Shown here: piece by piece, positions 1 through 9,247 of the stretch
Position numbering within the stretch: the stretch's first letter is position 1
Layout: every line of letters starts with the position of its first letter
Made by a program: the position numbers and the translations under genes
NCBI GenBank assembly: GCA_028869355.1
Contig: JAGWSK010000360.1
Location: 1-35,576 of the forward strand
DNA length: 35,576 nt
Source of the DNA: Alphaproteobacteria bacterium
Lineage (GTDB): Bacteria; Pseudomonadota; Alphaproteobacteria; Micropepsales; Micropepsaceae
Reading direction: 5' to 3'
The notes under the pieces: model-generated
What the model saw: the letters and a program-made list of their open reading frames with translations, nothing else
What the model was told of the DNA's origin: nothing
The model's database searches: none

Positions 1-246
1 GGATATTTCGGCTACAGTTTCCTGTTCGGCGAACGCGGCCTGATTGCCTGGCGTTCCACCCAGGACCAGCTTGTCGTTGCCCGACACGATCTGGCCCAGC
101 TGCGGGACCGCCGCGAAGCCTTGCAGCACCGCATTTCGCTGCTCGATGATGACAACATCGATCCCGACCTGCTCGACGAGGTGGCACATAATCTGCTACT
201 CGAAAGCCGCCCCGGCGAGGTCGTCATACCGCGGGAAAAGCGTTAA
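1..246 (+). CDS. ftsB: Septum formation initiator family protein (FtsB/DivIC-like), C-terminal part; 5' end lies outside the window
   Basis: Frame +1 is open from base 1 to TAA 244-246. The translation ...RGLIAWRSTQDQLVVARHDLAQLRDRREALQHRISLLDDDNIDPDLLDEVAHNLL... has a coiled-coil segment plus the 'LDpDLLDE' tail typical of alphaproteobacterial FtsB. It sits directly upstream of pdhA, as in many Rhizobiales. Confidence 0.55.
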   Translation, partial: GYFGYSFLFGERGLIAWRSTQDQLVVARHDLAQLRDRREALQHRISLLDDDNIDPDLLDEVAHNLLLESRPGEVVIPREKR

Positions 247-347
247 ATTCTCAATATTTATGTTATACCTTGCCAAGTGCAATTCAGACTTGCCATAAGC
301 GGCGAGCCGGCAGCGGCACAGATTGCAAGAAAAGCCACGGGTGAGAT

Positions 348-1379
348 ATGGCGCGTGCGGAAGCGACGGCTGCCGCGAATCCTGAAGCCGAATTTCCGGC
401 GAGCGGCCGGGCCGTGGACTCTGCCACCGCGGAGCGCCAGAAGAAGTTTTACCATGACATGTTGCTGATCCGCCGGTTCGAAGAGAAGGCGGGGCAACTC
501 TACGGTATGGGACTGATTGGCGGCTTCTGCCATCTTTATATCGGCCAGGAAGCGGTGGTCGTCGGCATGCAGGCCACGCTTGAGCCCAAGGACCAGGTGA
601 TCACGACCTATCGCGATCATGGGCATATGTTGGCCGCCGGCATGGATCCCTCCGGTGTGATGGCCGAACTGACGGGACGTTCCTCAGGCTATTCGAAGGG
701 CAAAGGCGGCTCGATGCACATGTTCAGCCGCGAGAAAAACTTCTTCGGGGGGCACGGTATCGTCGGCGCCAATGTGCCGATTGGCACCGGTCTCGCCTTT
801 GCCAATCGGTATCTCCGCAACGGTGCCGTATGCATCACCTATTTTGGCGATGGTGCGGCAAATCAGGGCCAGGTCTTTGAGTCCTTCAATATGGCCGCAC
901 TGTGGAAGTTGCCCGTCGTGTACGTGATTGAAAATAATCAGTATGCCATGGGAACGGCCATTCGACGCTCGACGGCTGAAGTCGAACTGTTCAAGCGCGG
1001 TTCTGCCGACGATATTCCGGGCGAGCCGGTCGATGGCATGGATGTCGAAAAGGTCTACGAGGCTGGGCGTAAGGCGGTGCAGTGGACACGCGAGGGAAAA
1101 GGCCCATACGTCCTTGAAATGAAGACCTACCGCTACCGCGGGCACTCGATGTCGGACCCGGCCAAATACCGCACCCGCGAGGAAGTCCAGCAGATGCGGG
1201 AAAAACACGATCCGATCGACACCTTCGGGGCACGACTTGTGCGCAACGGCGTCATGCGCGACGACGAGCTCAAGGCGGTGGATCGCGAGATTCGGCAGAC
1301 CATCAATCACGCGGCCGAATTCGCCACCGATTCCCCCGAGCCTTCGCCGGACGAACTCTATACCGACGTGTTGAAATAG
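348..1379 (+). CDS. pdhA: Pyruvate dehydrogenase E1 component, alpha subunit
   Basis: 343-aa ORF with a TPP-binding region ([39 protein letters not shown]) and the [15 protein letters not shown] motif. It is the first gene of a pdhA-pdhB-pdhC-lpdA cluster. Confidence 0.93.
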   Translation: MARAEATAAANPEAEFPASGRAVDSATAERQKKFYHDMLLIRRFEEKAGQLYGMGLIGGFCHLYIGQEAVVVGMQATLEPKDQVITTYRDHGHMLAAGMDPSGVMAELTGRSSGYSKGKGGSMHMFSREKNFFGGHGIVGANVPIGTGLAFANRYLRNGAVCITYFGDGAANQGQVFESFNMAALWKLPVVYVIENNQYAMGTAIRRSTAEVELFKRGSADDIPGEPVDGMDVEKVYEAGRKAVQWTREGKGPYVLEMKTYRYRGHSMSDPAKYRTREEVQQMREKHDPIDTFGARLVRNGVMRDDELKAVDREIRQTINHAAEFATDSPEPSPDELYTDVLK

Positions 1380-1386
1380 GCGCGCA

Positions 1387-2778
1387 ATGACGCAAATCCT
1401 GATGCCTGCGCTGTCTCCAACCATGGAGGAGGGCAAGCTCGCCAAATGGAATGTCAAAGAGGGCGACACGGTGAAGCCCGGCGACGTTCTTGCGGAGATC
1501 GAAACCGACAAGGCAACCATGGAATTCGAAGCCGTGGATGCCGGCAGAGTCGCCAAAATCCTGGTGCCGGAGGGATCCGAAGGGGTGAAGGTGAACACTC
1601 CAATCGCCGAGTTGCGGCAGGAAGGCGAGGAGAGCGACGCACCTCCGGCGCGTGTACCGGCAACCGAGACCAAATCCATAAAGCAGGGCGCTGGACCACG
1701 GCCCGTCGAAATGCACAAACCTGTTCCGGTAAGGACTCCGGAAAAAGCCGTAGACCGTGCGGCAGCCCTGCCGGAGGAAATTCCCTCCGGCGCCGAATTC
1801 GTCACCATGACGGTGCGCGACGCCCTTCGCGATGCACTCGCGGAAGAGATGCGGCGCGACGATACCGTATTTTTGATGGGCGAAGAGGTTGCCCAATATC
1901 AGGGCGCGTACAAAGTCAGTCAGGGCCTGCTTGAGGAATTCGGCGACCGGCGTGTCATCGACACGCCGATCACCGAACAGGGTTTTGCAGGTCTCGGTGT
2001 GGGCGCTGCATTTGGCGGTTTACGGCCGATCATCGAGTTCATGACGTTCAATTTTGCCATGCAAGCGATTGACCAACTGGTGAATTCGGCCGCCAAGACG
2101 CTGTACATGTCGGGTGGACAAATGGGTTGCCCGATCGTTTTCCGTGGGCCGAATGGGCCGGCGGCGCGGGTGGCTGCCCAACACAGCCAGGATTATTCCT
2201 CCTGGTACGCGCACGTCCCGGGGCTGAAAGTCGTTTCTCCCTACTTTGCCGCCGACGCCAAGGGACTCCTGAAAGCGGCAGTGCGCGACCCGAATCCCGT
2301 CATTTTTCTCGAAAATGAAATCGTCTATGGCCGGTCATTTCCGGTACCGAAGCTGGATGATTTTGTGCTGCCCATCGGGAAAGCGCGGGTCATCCGCGAA
2401 GGCTCCGGCGTCACTCTGGTTGCGCATTCGATCTCCGTCGGCCTGATCATGGACGCCGCCGAAGAGCTTGCCAAAGAGGGCATCGAAGCCGAACTGATCG
2501 ACCTGAGGACATTGCGGCCGCTCGACGCGGAGACCGTGATCCGGTCGGTGAAGAAGACCAATCGCGTCGTCACTGTCGAGCAGGGTTGGCCAGTCTGCTC
2601 GATAGGATCAGAGATTGCAGCTCTCGTGGCTGATGAGGCGTTCGATTATCTTGATGCACCACCGTCGCGCGTCACCGGAAAAGATGTTCCGATGCCATAC
2701 GCCGCCAATCTGGAAAAGCTTGCACTGCCAAGCATTGCAGATGTTGTTTCAGCAGCCAAACGCGTCTGCTATCGCTGA
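1387..2778 (+). CDS. pdhB: Pyruvate dehydrogenase E1 component, beta subunit with N-terminal lipoyl domain
   Basis: 463 aa. Residues 4-76 form a lipoyl domain ([14 protein letters not shown]), followed by an Ala/Pro-rich linker and a transketolase-like E1-beta core ([20 protein letters not shown]...[10 protein letters not shown]). This is the typical alphaproteobacterial architecture. Confidence 0.93.
   Translation: MTQILMPALSPTMEEGKLAKWNVKEGDTVKPGDVLAEIETDKATMEFEAVDAGRVAKILVPEGSEGVKVNTPIAELRQEGEESDAPPARVPATETKSIKQGAGPRPVEMHKPVPVRTPEKAVDRAAALPEEIPSGAEFVTMTVRDALRDALAEEMRRDDTVFLMGEEVAQYQGAYKVSQGLLEEFGDRRVIDTPITEQGFAGLGVGAAFGGLRPIIEFMTFNFAMQAIDQLVNSAAKTLYMSGGQMGCPIVFRGPNGPAARVAAQHSQDYSSWYAHVPGLKVVSPYFAADAKGLLKAAVRDPNPVIFLENEIVYGRSFPVPKLDDFVLPIGKARVIREGSGVTLVAHSISVGLIMDAAEELAKEGIEAELIDLRTLRPLDAETVIRSVKKTNRVVTVEQGWPVCSIGSEIAALVADEAFDYLDAPPSRVTGKDVPMPYAANLEKLALPSIADVVSAAKRVCYR
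1396..1614 (+). repeat. Lipoyl-domain coding repeat, copy 1 (in pdhB)
   Basis: The 219-nt segment encodes [30 protein letters not shown]...VNTPIAEL. By my count, 62 of 73 residues are identical to copy 2. Confidence 0.85.
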
Positions 2779-2825
2779 CGCCAACATGGCCGCCGGGGGA
2801 TGAAAGCATTTCCGGATCATAAATC

Positions 2826-4193
2826 ATGCCGCCAGATATATTAATGCCGGCGCTTTCTCCCACCATGGAGGAGGGCAAGCTCGCAAAGTGGCACGTCAAG
2901 GAGGGCGACACCGTCAAGCCCGGTGACATCCTCGCCGAAATCGAGACCGACAAGGCGACAATGGAATATGAAGCCGTGGATGAGGGCAAAATCGGCAAGC
3001 TCCTCGTCCCGGAAGGCACTGAAGGCGTGAAGGTGAATTCTCCGATCGCGCGGCTGATCACGGAAAACGGCAACGATACCGGCGCGCAGGCAGCAAAGCC
3101 TGGTCCGCGACCGGCTCCGCCACCGCCGGACCAAACGGCAAAATCTGCGCCAGCTCCATCGCAGGCGAAACCAGCGTCCGCGCCACCGTCGAAACCGGCA
3201 GTCAAATCCGGCAACGGAGCATCGGCTCAGGATGCGGAGGCTCGTGTTTTCGCCTCACCGCTGGCGAAGCGGATTGCGGAAGGCAAGGGGATCGATCTAT
3301 CCCGGATATCAGGTTCTGGCCCACGTGGACGCATCATCAAAGCCGATGTCGAGGCTGCGATCGCGGCCGGAGCGCCTGAGAAGCAGGCGGCGGAGGCGCG
3401 GTCAACCAGGCCGGCAGCCGCACTGCCGGTGTCCGAGGCTCCGAGCGCTGCGCCGGCCGGTCTGGCGCTGCCCGACGCGACCCGATTCTACCAGGACGGC
3501 GAATTCGAAGCTGTGCCAAACGATTCGATGCGCAAGTCGATTGCACGCCGCCTTACTTCGGCGAAGGCGCTCGTCCCGCATTATTATCTGACCATCGAGT
3601 GTGACATTGGAGCTTTGTTGCAGGCGCGCGCGCGTTTGAACGAGCGCTCCCCCAAAGCCGACGGCGCATACAAATTGTCCGTCAACGATTTTGTCGTTAA
3701 GGCTGCGGCGCAGGCATTGATAAAACATCCGGAAGTCAATGCGAGTTGGACGGACGCCGCCATTCTCCGGCACAAGCACGCAGACATTGGAATTGCCGTC
3801 GATCTCAATCCTGGTCTCATCACGCCAATTCTGTTTCATGCCGAAACCAAAGGTCTGATTGAGCTCTCCGGTGAGATGAAGAACCTCGCGGAGCGCGCGA
3901 GGGCGAAGAAACTAAAGCCGCAGGAATATGAGGGCGGTTCGTTTGCGATTTCCAACCTCGGCATGTTCGGAATTCGGGAATTCACGGCGATCATCAATCC
4001 GCCCCACAGCGCGATTTTGGCCATAGGTTCGGCGGAGGAGCGCGCCGTCGTGCGCGACGGCAAGATCACGGCCGCCAGCATGATGTCGGTCACCATGTCA
4101 TGCGATCATCGCGTAATCGACGGTGCGGTGGGAGCGCGCTTTCTTCAGACTTTGAGGGCGTATCTCGAAGAACCCGCCGCGATGTTGTTATGA
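2826..4193 (+). CDS. pdhC: Dihydrolipoamide acetyltransferase (PDH E2)
   Basis: 455 aa with a lipoyl domain, a Pro/Ala linker, a peripheral subunit-binding domain ([28 protein letters not shown]) and a catalytic domain with the DHRVIDG active-site motif. Confidence 0.93.
   Translation: MPPDILMPALSPTMEEGKLAKWHVKEGDTVKPGDILAEIETDKATMEYEAVDEGKIGKLLVPEGTEGVKVNSPIARLITENGNDTGAQAAKPGPRPAPPPPDQTAKSAPAPSQAKPASAPPSKPAVKSGNGASAQDAEARVFASPLAKRIAEGKGIDLSRISGSGPRGRIIKADVEAAIAAGAPEKQAAEARSTRPAAALPVSEAPSAAPAGLALPDATRFYQDGEFEAVPNDSMRKSIARRLTSAKALVPHYYLTIECDIGALLQARARLNERSPKADGAYKLSVNDFVVKAAAQALIKHPEVNASWTDAAILRHKHADIGIAVDLNPGLITPILFHAETKGLIELSGEMKNLAERARAKKLKPQEYEGGSFAISNLGMFGIREFTAIINPPHSAILAIGSAEERAVVRDGKITAASMMSVTMSCDHRVIDGAVGARFLQTLRAYLEEPAAMLL
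2838..3056 (+). repeat. Lipoyl-domain coding repeat, copy 2 (in pdhC)
   Basis: The 219-nt segment encodes [30 protein letters not shown]...VNSPIARL. It shares long identical nucleotide runs with copy 1, for example ccatggaggagggcaagctcgc. Confidence 0.85.
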
Positions 4194-5587
4194 GCGAGTC
4201 TTTCGATGTGATCGTTATCGGCAGCGGGCCGGGCGGATATGTTTGCGCCATCCGCTGTGCCCAATTGGGAATGAAAACCGCGATCGTCGAGCGTGAGAAT
4301 CTCGGCGGCATCTGTCTCAATTGGGGGTGCATTCCCACCAAAGCGCTGCTGCGGTCGTCCGAAATCTGGCACCTCGTTCACCGGCTCAACGAGTTCGGCT
4401 TTTCCGCGTCGGATCTCAAATTCGATCTGGCGAAAATCGTCGAGCGCTCGCGAAAAGTTGCCGGCCAACTCAGCAATGGCGTGCGCACCCTGATGCGCAA
4501 GAACAAAATCACCGTGATCGACGGCAGCGCGAAACTCACGGGCAAAAAGGGCATCGCGGTCACCAAGGATGGTAAAACTTCCGCCTACGATGCAAAGAAT
4601 CTTGTCCTCGCGACCGGTGCGCGCGCGCGCGAATTCAAGGGACTCGAGGCGGACGGCAAACTCATCTGGACCTACCGGCATGCCATGCTGCCGAAGGCGT
4701 TTCCGCGCTCGCTACTGGTGGTCGGATCCGGTGCAATCGGCATCGAATTTGCGAGCTTCTACCGGACACTCGGTGTAGAGGTCACCGTTGTCGAGTTGCT
4801 CGACCGCATTTTGCCGGTCGAAGATGAGGAAGTTTCGGCATTTGCCGACAAGGCCTTCCGCAAGCAGGGCATGACGATCCGAACCGCCACCACCGTCGAG
4901 AAACTGACAAAAAGCGATAACAGCGTGACGGCAGTGCTCAAGGCGAAGGACGGCTCGACCAGCACCATCACCGTTGATCGCGTGATCGTTGCGGTCGGTA
5001 TTGTCGGAAACGTTGAGGATATCGGTCTGGAGCAGGCGGGGATCCGGGTCGAGAGGACTCACGTTGTTGTCAATGAGTGGTGCGAAACCGGCGTTGCGGG
5101 AATTTTTGCCATTGGCGATCTTGTGGGACCGCCGTGGCTGGCACACAAGGCGATGCACGAGGGAGTCATCGTGGCGGAGCGAATCGCCGGCGTCACCGGC
5201 GTCCACCCGCTCGACACATCGAACATTCCCGGCTGCACCTATTGCTGGCCGCAGGTGGCGAGCATCGGGCTGACCGAAGCGCGGGCCAAAGAACTTGGGC
5301 GTAAAATCAAAGTGGGAAAATTTCCAGCCATCGGCAACGGCAAGGCCATCGCGCTGGGGGAAGCGGAAGGTTTTGTTAAGACCGTATTTGATACCGAGAC
5401 TGGCGAGCTTCTGGGGGCGCACATGATTGGCGCGGAAGTCACCGAACTCATCCAGGGATTTTCAATCGCCCGAGCTCTCGAAGCCACTGAAGCCGATTTG
5501 CAACATGTCGTTTTCCCGCATCCTACTCTGTCGGAAATGATGCACGAATCGGTTCTGGCGGCTGATGGCCGCCCCTTGCATATCTGA
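4190..5587 (+). CDS. lpdA: Dihydrolipoyl dehydrogenase (E3)
   Basis: FAD fingerprint [12 protein letters not shown] and redox-active disulfide [13 protein letters not shown] 4190 overlaps the pdhC TGA (ATGA). The longer ORF-track start at 4100 would add a basic, non-homologous 30-aa extension inside pdhC. Confidence 0.9.
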   Translation: MSESFDVIVIGSGPGGYVCAIRCAQLGMKTAIVERENLGGICLNWGCIPTKALLRSSEIWHLVHRLNEFGFSASDLKFDLAKIVERSRKVAGQLSNGVRTLMRKNKITVIDGSAKLTGKKGIAVTKDGKTSAYDAKNLVLATGARAREFKGLEADGKLIWTYRHAMLPKAFPRSLLVVGSGAIGIEFASFYRTLGVEVTVVELLDRILPVEDEEVSAFADKAFRKQGMTIRTATTVEKLTKSDNSVTAVLKAKDGSTSTITVDRVIVAVGIVGNVEDIGLEQAGIRVERTHVVVNEWCETGVAGIFAIGDLVGPPWLAHKAMHEGVIVAERIAGVTGVHPLDTSNIPGCTYCWPQVASIGLTEARAKELGRKIKVGKFPAIGNGKAIALGEAEGFVKTVFDTETGELLGAHMIGAEVTELIQGFSIARALEATEADLQHVVFPHPTLSEMMHESVLAADGRPLHI

Positions 5588-5605
5588 TTGATAAGTCAAT
5601 CGGGT
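5582..5605. terminator. Hairpin between the convergent lpdA and secreted-protein genes (possible bidirectional terminator or 3' stabiliser; no U tract)
   Basis: The perfect 6-bp stem GATTGA(5586-5591)-TAAG-TCAATC(5596-5601) extends to about 10 bp if G.U pairs are allowed. It spans the lpdA stop codon. No U run follows on either strand. Confidence 0.25.
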
Positions 5606-6453
5606 CAGAAGTCCGGCTTTGCAGCCACCGGAATGGGATTCAATTTGCCAGTGACAGGGTCCTCGGCGGATTCGGCACAGACTTCTTCGGTGGGAAAGGC
5701 TCGCCCTTTGCGATAGCGGATCACCGAATTCCACTTCTCCTTGTATATTTTCGGATCATCATAGGTGACGTCCACCTGCATGCCGCTGCCATCCGGTTTG
5801 ACCGTGTAGCGTTCGATCAAATGCAATTGGTCGCTGTAAGGTGCTCCATAGCGGTCGAGAAATGCTTTGGCGTTGAACCCAATCGTGTCAACGACAAGCG
5901 TGTCGCCGCTTTCATAACGGCCGACCGACTCACCGTACCAGGACGGCTTTGGATTCTTTGAGTGCGGTACGTTCAGGTAAACGTGCCGGACCTGGTGGTC
6001 GCGCTCATAAATGATGATGACCTTGTCGGGCTCCTGAAGGAATATGACCGGCTGCGGCTGCAGCAGCATCGTCGGCCCAAACGGGTAGCAAAAAGTGGCG
6101 GGCCAGAAGGGATCCTTCTCCTTTTCCGCGTTTTCGGCATTGGTCTTCATTACCGCGGCGCCTGCGGGGGTCAGAATTGGATTGGTATAGTCGCCGACCC
6201 AGAAGTTGCCACTGAAGTCCTGTCCGTTGGCGTCAACGCCGCGATCGACGTGCGTGTATCCGGGCAGATCGCCGATCGGTTTTGGCCCCGTCGGGGCAGG
6301 TGCGAGTTTGAACCGGTTCATGTTGTTCCACGGACCCAGCAGATTGGGAATCTTGCCCGCATCGGAATCTGCCGCGATCGCCAATGGCGCCGAAACCAGG
6401 AGTGAAGCAGCGGCTGCACCGGCAATGGCCATTACGACCCTATGCAAGCGCAT
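5605..6453 (-). CDS. Secreted protein of unknown function (signal peptide, two Cys)
   Basis: 282-aa ORF with a GGAGG Shine-Dalgarno upstream of ATG 6453. It has an N-terminal signal peptide (MRLHRVVMAIAGAAAASLLVSAPLAIA/ADS) and the conserved-looking block WYGESVGRYESGDTLVVDTIGFN...LHLIERY. I recognise no named family. It lies 28 nt downstream of the DUF502 gene on the same strand. Confidence 0.7.
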   Translation of the reverse strand: MRLHRVVMAIAGAAAASLLVSAPLAIAADSDAGKIPNLLGPWNNMNRFKLAPAPTGPKPIGDLPGYTHVDRGVDANGQDFSGNFWVGDYTNPILTPAGAAVMKTNAENAEKEKDPFWPATFCYPFGPTMLLQPQPVIFLQEPDKVIIIYERDHQVRHVYLNVPHSKNPKPSWYGESVGRYESGDTLVVDTIGFNAKAFLDRYGAPYSDQLHLIERYTVKPDGSGMQVDVTYDDPKIYKEKWNSVIRYRKGRAFPTEEVCAESAEDPVTGKLNPIPVAAKPDF

Positions 6454-6481
6454 CGAAATCCTCCGTGTAACCTATGGATAT

Positions 6482-7216
6482 TTAGCGAACGAACGCGCCA
6501 ATGTCATCGTGACACAATGCAGCTTTTCCCGGGCTGCTTGCGGGCGCCCACGCAGGCTGTGATGGCGCCGTGCTGAAGTCTTCTGGCGCCATGGCCCCGC
6601 CTGAGACGATCATCGTCATCGCCTGGTCCATTGTCATCGAAGTCGGTACAAGGCGCCGGGCGGGCAGAATGCAAAGATAGCCGCCGGTCGGGTTTGGCGT
6701 TGTCGGCACAAAAACGGCTGCCAGCTGTTCTCCCGTCGCCGAATCCGTGAAGTTCCGCATTACCAGCCCGATGGCCTTTATTCCGGGATGTGGAAAATCG
6801 ACCAGGACGACACGCGCTCCATCGCCCGGCGACTGTTGGAGCACATTGACCAGTTTCTTCGAAGCCGAATAGACAGTCTCGACCACCGGTATCCGTGCCA
6901 GCAGGCCCTCGAAGGCCGCAATCAGCTTTTTGCCCGCCATCCGGGAAGCAATATTGCCCACGATATAGATCACGATCAGCGACATCGCGACCGCGATCAA
7001 CCAGCGAAACACGGGGTTTTCGACCATGGGTTGCGCGCCAGGAATTCTGTCTTCAATGAACATCGAAAGACCAGATGCCACTGGAGAGCCCGCGGCGGAC
7101 AAGAGTGCGAAGATGAAATCAAGAACAAACCAGACCACAATCAGCGGGATCAGCGTCAGGACGCCTGCGATCAGGCTCGACTGAACGGATTTGGTGAAAC
7201 TTCTGCGCTCAACCAA
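6482..7216 (-). CDS. DUF502 family membrane protein
   Basis: It has two N-terminal TM helices and the family signature ...RIPVVETVYSASKKL...VFVPTTPNPTGGYL...MTMIVSGG. The ORF is open to TTG 7273. I prefer the TTG at 7216 because it follows AGGAG (7224-7228, minus strand) with a 7-nt spacer. Confidence 0.8.
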   Translation of the reverse strand: MVERRSFTKSVQSSLIAGVLTLIPLIVVWFVLDFIFALLSAAGSPVASGLSMFIEDRIPGAQPMVENPVFRWLIAVAMSLIVIYIVGNIASRMAGKKLIAAFEGLLARIPVVETVYSASKKLVNVLQQSPGDGARVVLVDFPHPGIKAIGLVMRNFTDSATGEQLAAVFVPTTPNPTGGYLCILPARRLVPTSMTMDQAMTMIVSGGAMAPEDFSTAPSQPAWAPASSPGKAALCHDDIGAFVR

Positions 7217-7300
7217 GGAAGCACTCCTGAATATGGGGGTCCTCGCAATGCGGGTGCATCGAAAGATTGACAATCATTTTGCGGCCAGTGTCCCGATTCT

Positions 7301-7452
7301 GAAATTCGCTTGATCGCTATATCGTAATCCATGCGAATTTCGAAATCGTAAGGACACTACCAAATCTTTGATTCTAGTGTTGTTCCGGTTTCAAAAATGC
7401 GCTTGGCGCCCAATGGGAACTCATTCGAATTTCGAAACCACGACACTAGTGC
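7301..7452. promoter_or_regulatory. AT-rich divergent control region with repeated palindrome-containing motif (candidate operator array)
   Basis: The exact 12-mer CGAATTTCGAAA occurs at 7334-7345 and 7426-7437. Each copy is followed after 7 or 4 nt by GACACTA (7353-7359, 7442-7448). A 9-bp inverted copy, GAAATTCGC 7301-7309, faces GCGAATTTC 7333-7341. There are also ACACTA/TAGTGT dyads (7354-7359 / 7375-7380) and the palindrome CACTAGTG (7444-7451). The region is much more AT-rich than its flanks. Confidence 0.4.
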
Positions 7453-7509
7453 GACAGGCAAAATGATCTAATCTGCCGGGGTGGATCATTAAATCAAACG
7501 GCGGAGTCT

Positions 7510-9240
7510 ATGCCGGCAATTTCCCGTCAATTTCGCGTGCTGATCACCAGTGCGCTTCCTTACATCAATGGCGTCAAGCATCTGGGCAATGTCGCCGGCT
7601 CTTTGCTTCCGGCTGACGTGTTCGGCCGGTTCCAGCGCGCGCTCGGCCGCGAGACACTCCTGATTTGCGCCACCGACGAGCATGGCTCGGTTGCCGAACT
7701 GGCCGCCGCCGAAGCGGGACAGGATGTCCGGACCTATTGCGACGAACAGTATCGGCTGCAGAAGCGCGCGGGCGACGGATTCCTGTTGTCCTGGGACCAT
7801 TTCGGACGTTCTTCCAATCGGCAGAACCATGAACTGACCCAGCATTTCGCGCGCGCATTGTGGAAGCGCGGCTTTCTCGAGCTGCGAACGACCAAACAGG
7901 TATTTTCCATCGCGGAAAACCGCTTCCTGCCCGATCGTTATGTGATCGGCACCTGCCCGCATTGCGGTTATGACCGGGCGCGCGGCGACCAATGCGAGAA
8001 CTGTACCCGGGTTCTGGATCCTGTGGATCTCATCAATCCGCGTTCGGCATTGTCGGGTTCAAGTGCAATCGAAATTCGCGATTCGTTGCACCTATTTCTG
8101 AAGCAATCGCAATTCGTGCCGCAGCTGCGCGAATGGATCGGCGGCCATCGCGATGTTTGGCCGCCGCTCGTGAGTTCCATCGCCAACAAGTGGCTGGACG
8201 AAGGCTTGCATGATCGCGGCATTACGCGTGATGTCGCCTGGGGCGTGGCGGTGCCCGATGACATTGCCGATGGCCGACTGAAGGGCAAAGTGTTCTATGT
8301 CTGGTTCGACGCCCCCATAGAATATATCGGCGCCACCTGGGAATGGGCTGATGCCAATGGTAAAGGCGATGCTTGGCGCGACTGGTGGTTCGGCGAGAAA
8401 TCCCGTGATGTGCGCTATTACCAATTCATGGGAAAGGACAATGTCCCTTTCCATACGGTCGGATTTCCCGTGACGATTATGGGTTCGGGCGAGCCGTGGA
8501 AGCTGGTGGACCGGCTGAAGGGATTCAACTGGCTGAATTACTATGGCGGAAAGTTCTCCACCTCGCAGAAGCGGGGGGTGTTCATGGAACCGGCGTTGGA
8601 GATTCTTCCGGCCGATTATTGGCGCTATTACCTGATGGCCGCCGCGCCCGAAGGCTCGGACGCCAATTTCACGTGGCCGCTATTCGCTTCGATCATAAAC
8701 AAGGACCTCGCGGACGTTCTCGGCAATTTCGTCAATCGGGTGACACGATTCTGCGCCGCCAGATTTGACGGCCGCGTGCCGGAAGCCGGTTCTTATGGAT
8801 CGGCGGAGCACGCGCTCGCGGCCGAACTCGACCGGCGGATTCAACGGCTTACGGAAGAGCTAGAGGCGATGGAATTCCGCAAGGCGGTGGCCGAACTGCG
8901 GGCGATCTGGGTCCTCGGCAACGAGTATCTCACCGAAGCCGCTCCGTGGACGAGGATCAAGACCGACCGAGACGCGGCGGCGGCAAGCGTCCGCATGGGC
9001 TTGAATCTCGTCCATCTGTTCGGGCACCTGTCATGGCCGCTGATTCCGCAATCGGCGCAGAAAATTCACCGCGCGGTGATGGATGCGCCCGACATCATTC
9101 CGTGGCCGGACGAACCGATGGCGGAGTTTCTCGACGGACTGGGGCCCGGGCAAAAGATTAATCCGCCTGAGGTGCTATTTGCCAAGATCACCGACGAGCA
9201 GATCGCCGAATGGGAAGCGCGTTTCGGCGGCCCACAGTAA
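7510..9240 (+). CDS. metG: Methionine--tRNA ligase
   Basis: 576 aa with class I motifs SALPYINGVKHLGN (HIGH region) and KFSTSQ (KMSKS region), a zinc knuckle CPHCGY...CENC, and the MetRS anticodon-binding region. Confidence 0.93.
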   Translation: MPAISRQFRVLITSALPYINGVKHLGNVAGSLLPADVFGRFQRALGRETLLICATDEHGSVAELAAAEAGQDVRTYCDEQYRLQKRAGDGFLLSWDHFGRSSNRQNHELTQHFARALWKRGFLELRTTKQVFSIAENRFLPDRYVIGTCPHCGYDRARGDQCENCTRVLDPVDLINPRSALSGSSAIEIRDSLHLFLKQSQFVPQLREWIGGHRDVWPPLVSSIANKWLDEGLHDRGITRDVAWGVAVPDDIADGRLKGKVFYVWFDAPIEYIGATWEWADANGKGDAWRDWWFGEKSRDVRYYQFMGKDNVPFHTVGFPVTIMGSGEPWKLVDRLKGFNWLNYYGGKFSTSQKRGVFMEPALEILPADYWRYYLMAAAPEGSDANFTWPLFASIINKDLADVLGNFVNRVTRFCAARFDGRVPEAGSYGSAEHALAAELDRRIQRLTEELEAMEFRKAVAELRAIWVLGNEYLTEAAPWTRIKTDRDAAAASVRMGLNLVHLFGHLSWPLIPQSAQKIHRAVMDAPDIIPWPDEPMAEFLDGLGPGQKINPPEVLFAKITDEQIAEWEARFGGPQ

Positions 9241-9247
9241 GCCGCGT

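Noticed and set aside
270-300. Shared 9-mer TGCAATTCA and CATAAGC between the pdhA upstream region (278-286, 294-300) and the marR promoter (12708-12716, 12715-12721); also a possible pdhA promoter TTGCCA-N18-CATAAG
   Set aside because: Matches of this length are expected by chance. The promoter hexamers are plausible but unverified, so I did not list them as a feature.
684-1808. 374-aa ORF antisense to pdhA/pdhB and the similar 180-aa ORF at 2672-3214
   Set aside because: These are shadow ORFs. Their mutual similarity simply mirrors the duplicated lipoyl-domain DNA on the sense strand.
4100-4189. N-terminal extensions offered by the ORF track (lpdA from 4100, glyA from 22112, nrdR from 23322, thiL from 27639, hppA from 28815, DUF502 from 7273, marR from 12707)
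   Set aside because: The extensions overlap upstream genes or add residues with no homology. Internal starts coincide with the conserved N-termini, and often with stop/start overlaps or a Shine-Dalgarno sequence.
7462-7490. 7-bp inverted repeat AATGATC-N15-GATCATT just upstream of the metG Shine-Dalgarno
   Set aside because: A 7-bp inverted repeat is expected by chance in a spacer of this size, and it is AT-rich and weak. It may still form part of the metG leader, but it is not supportable on its own.
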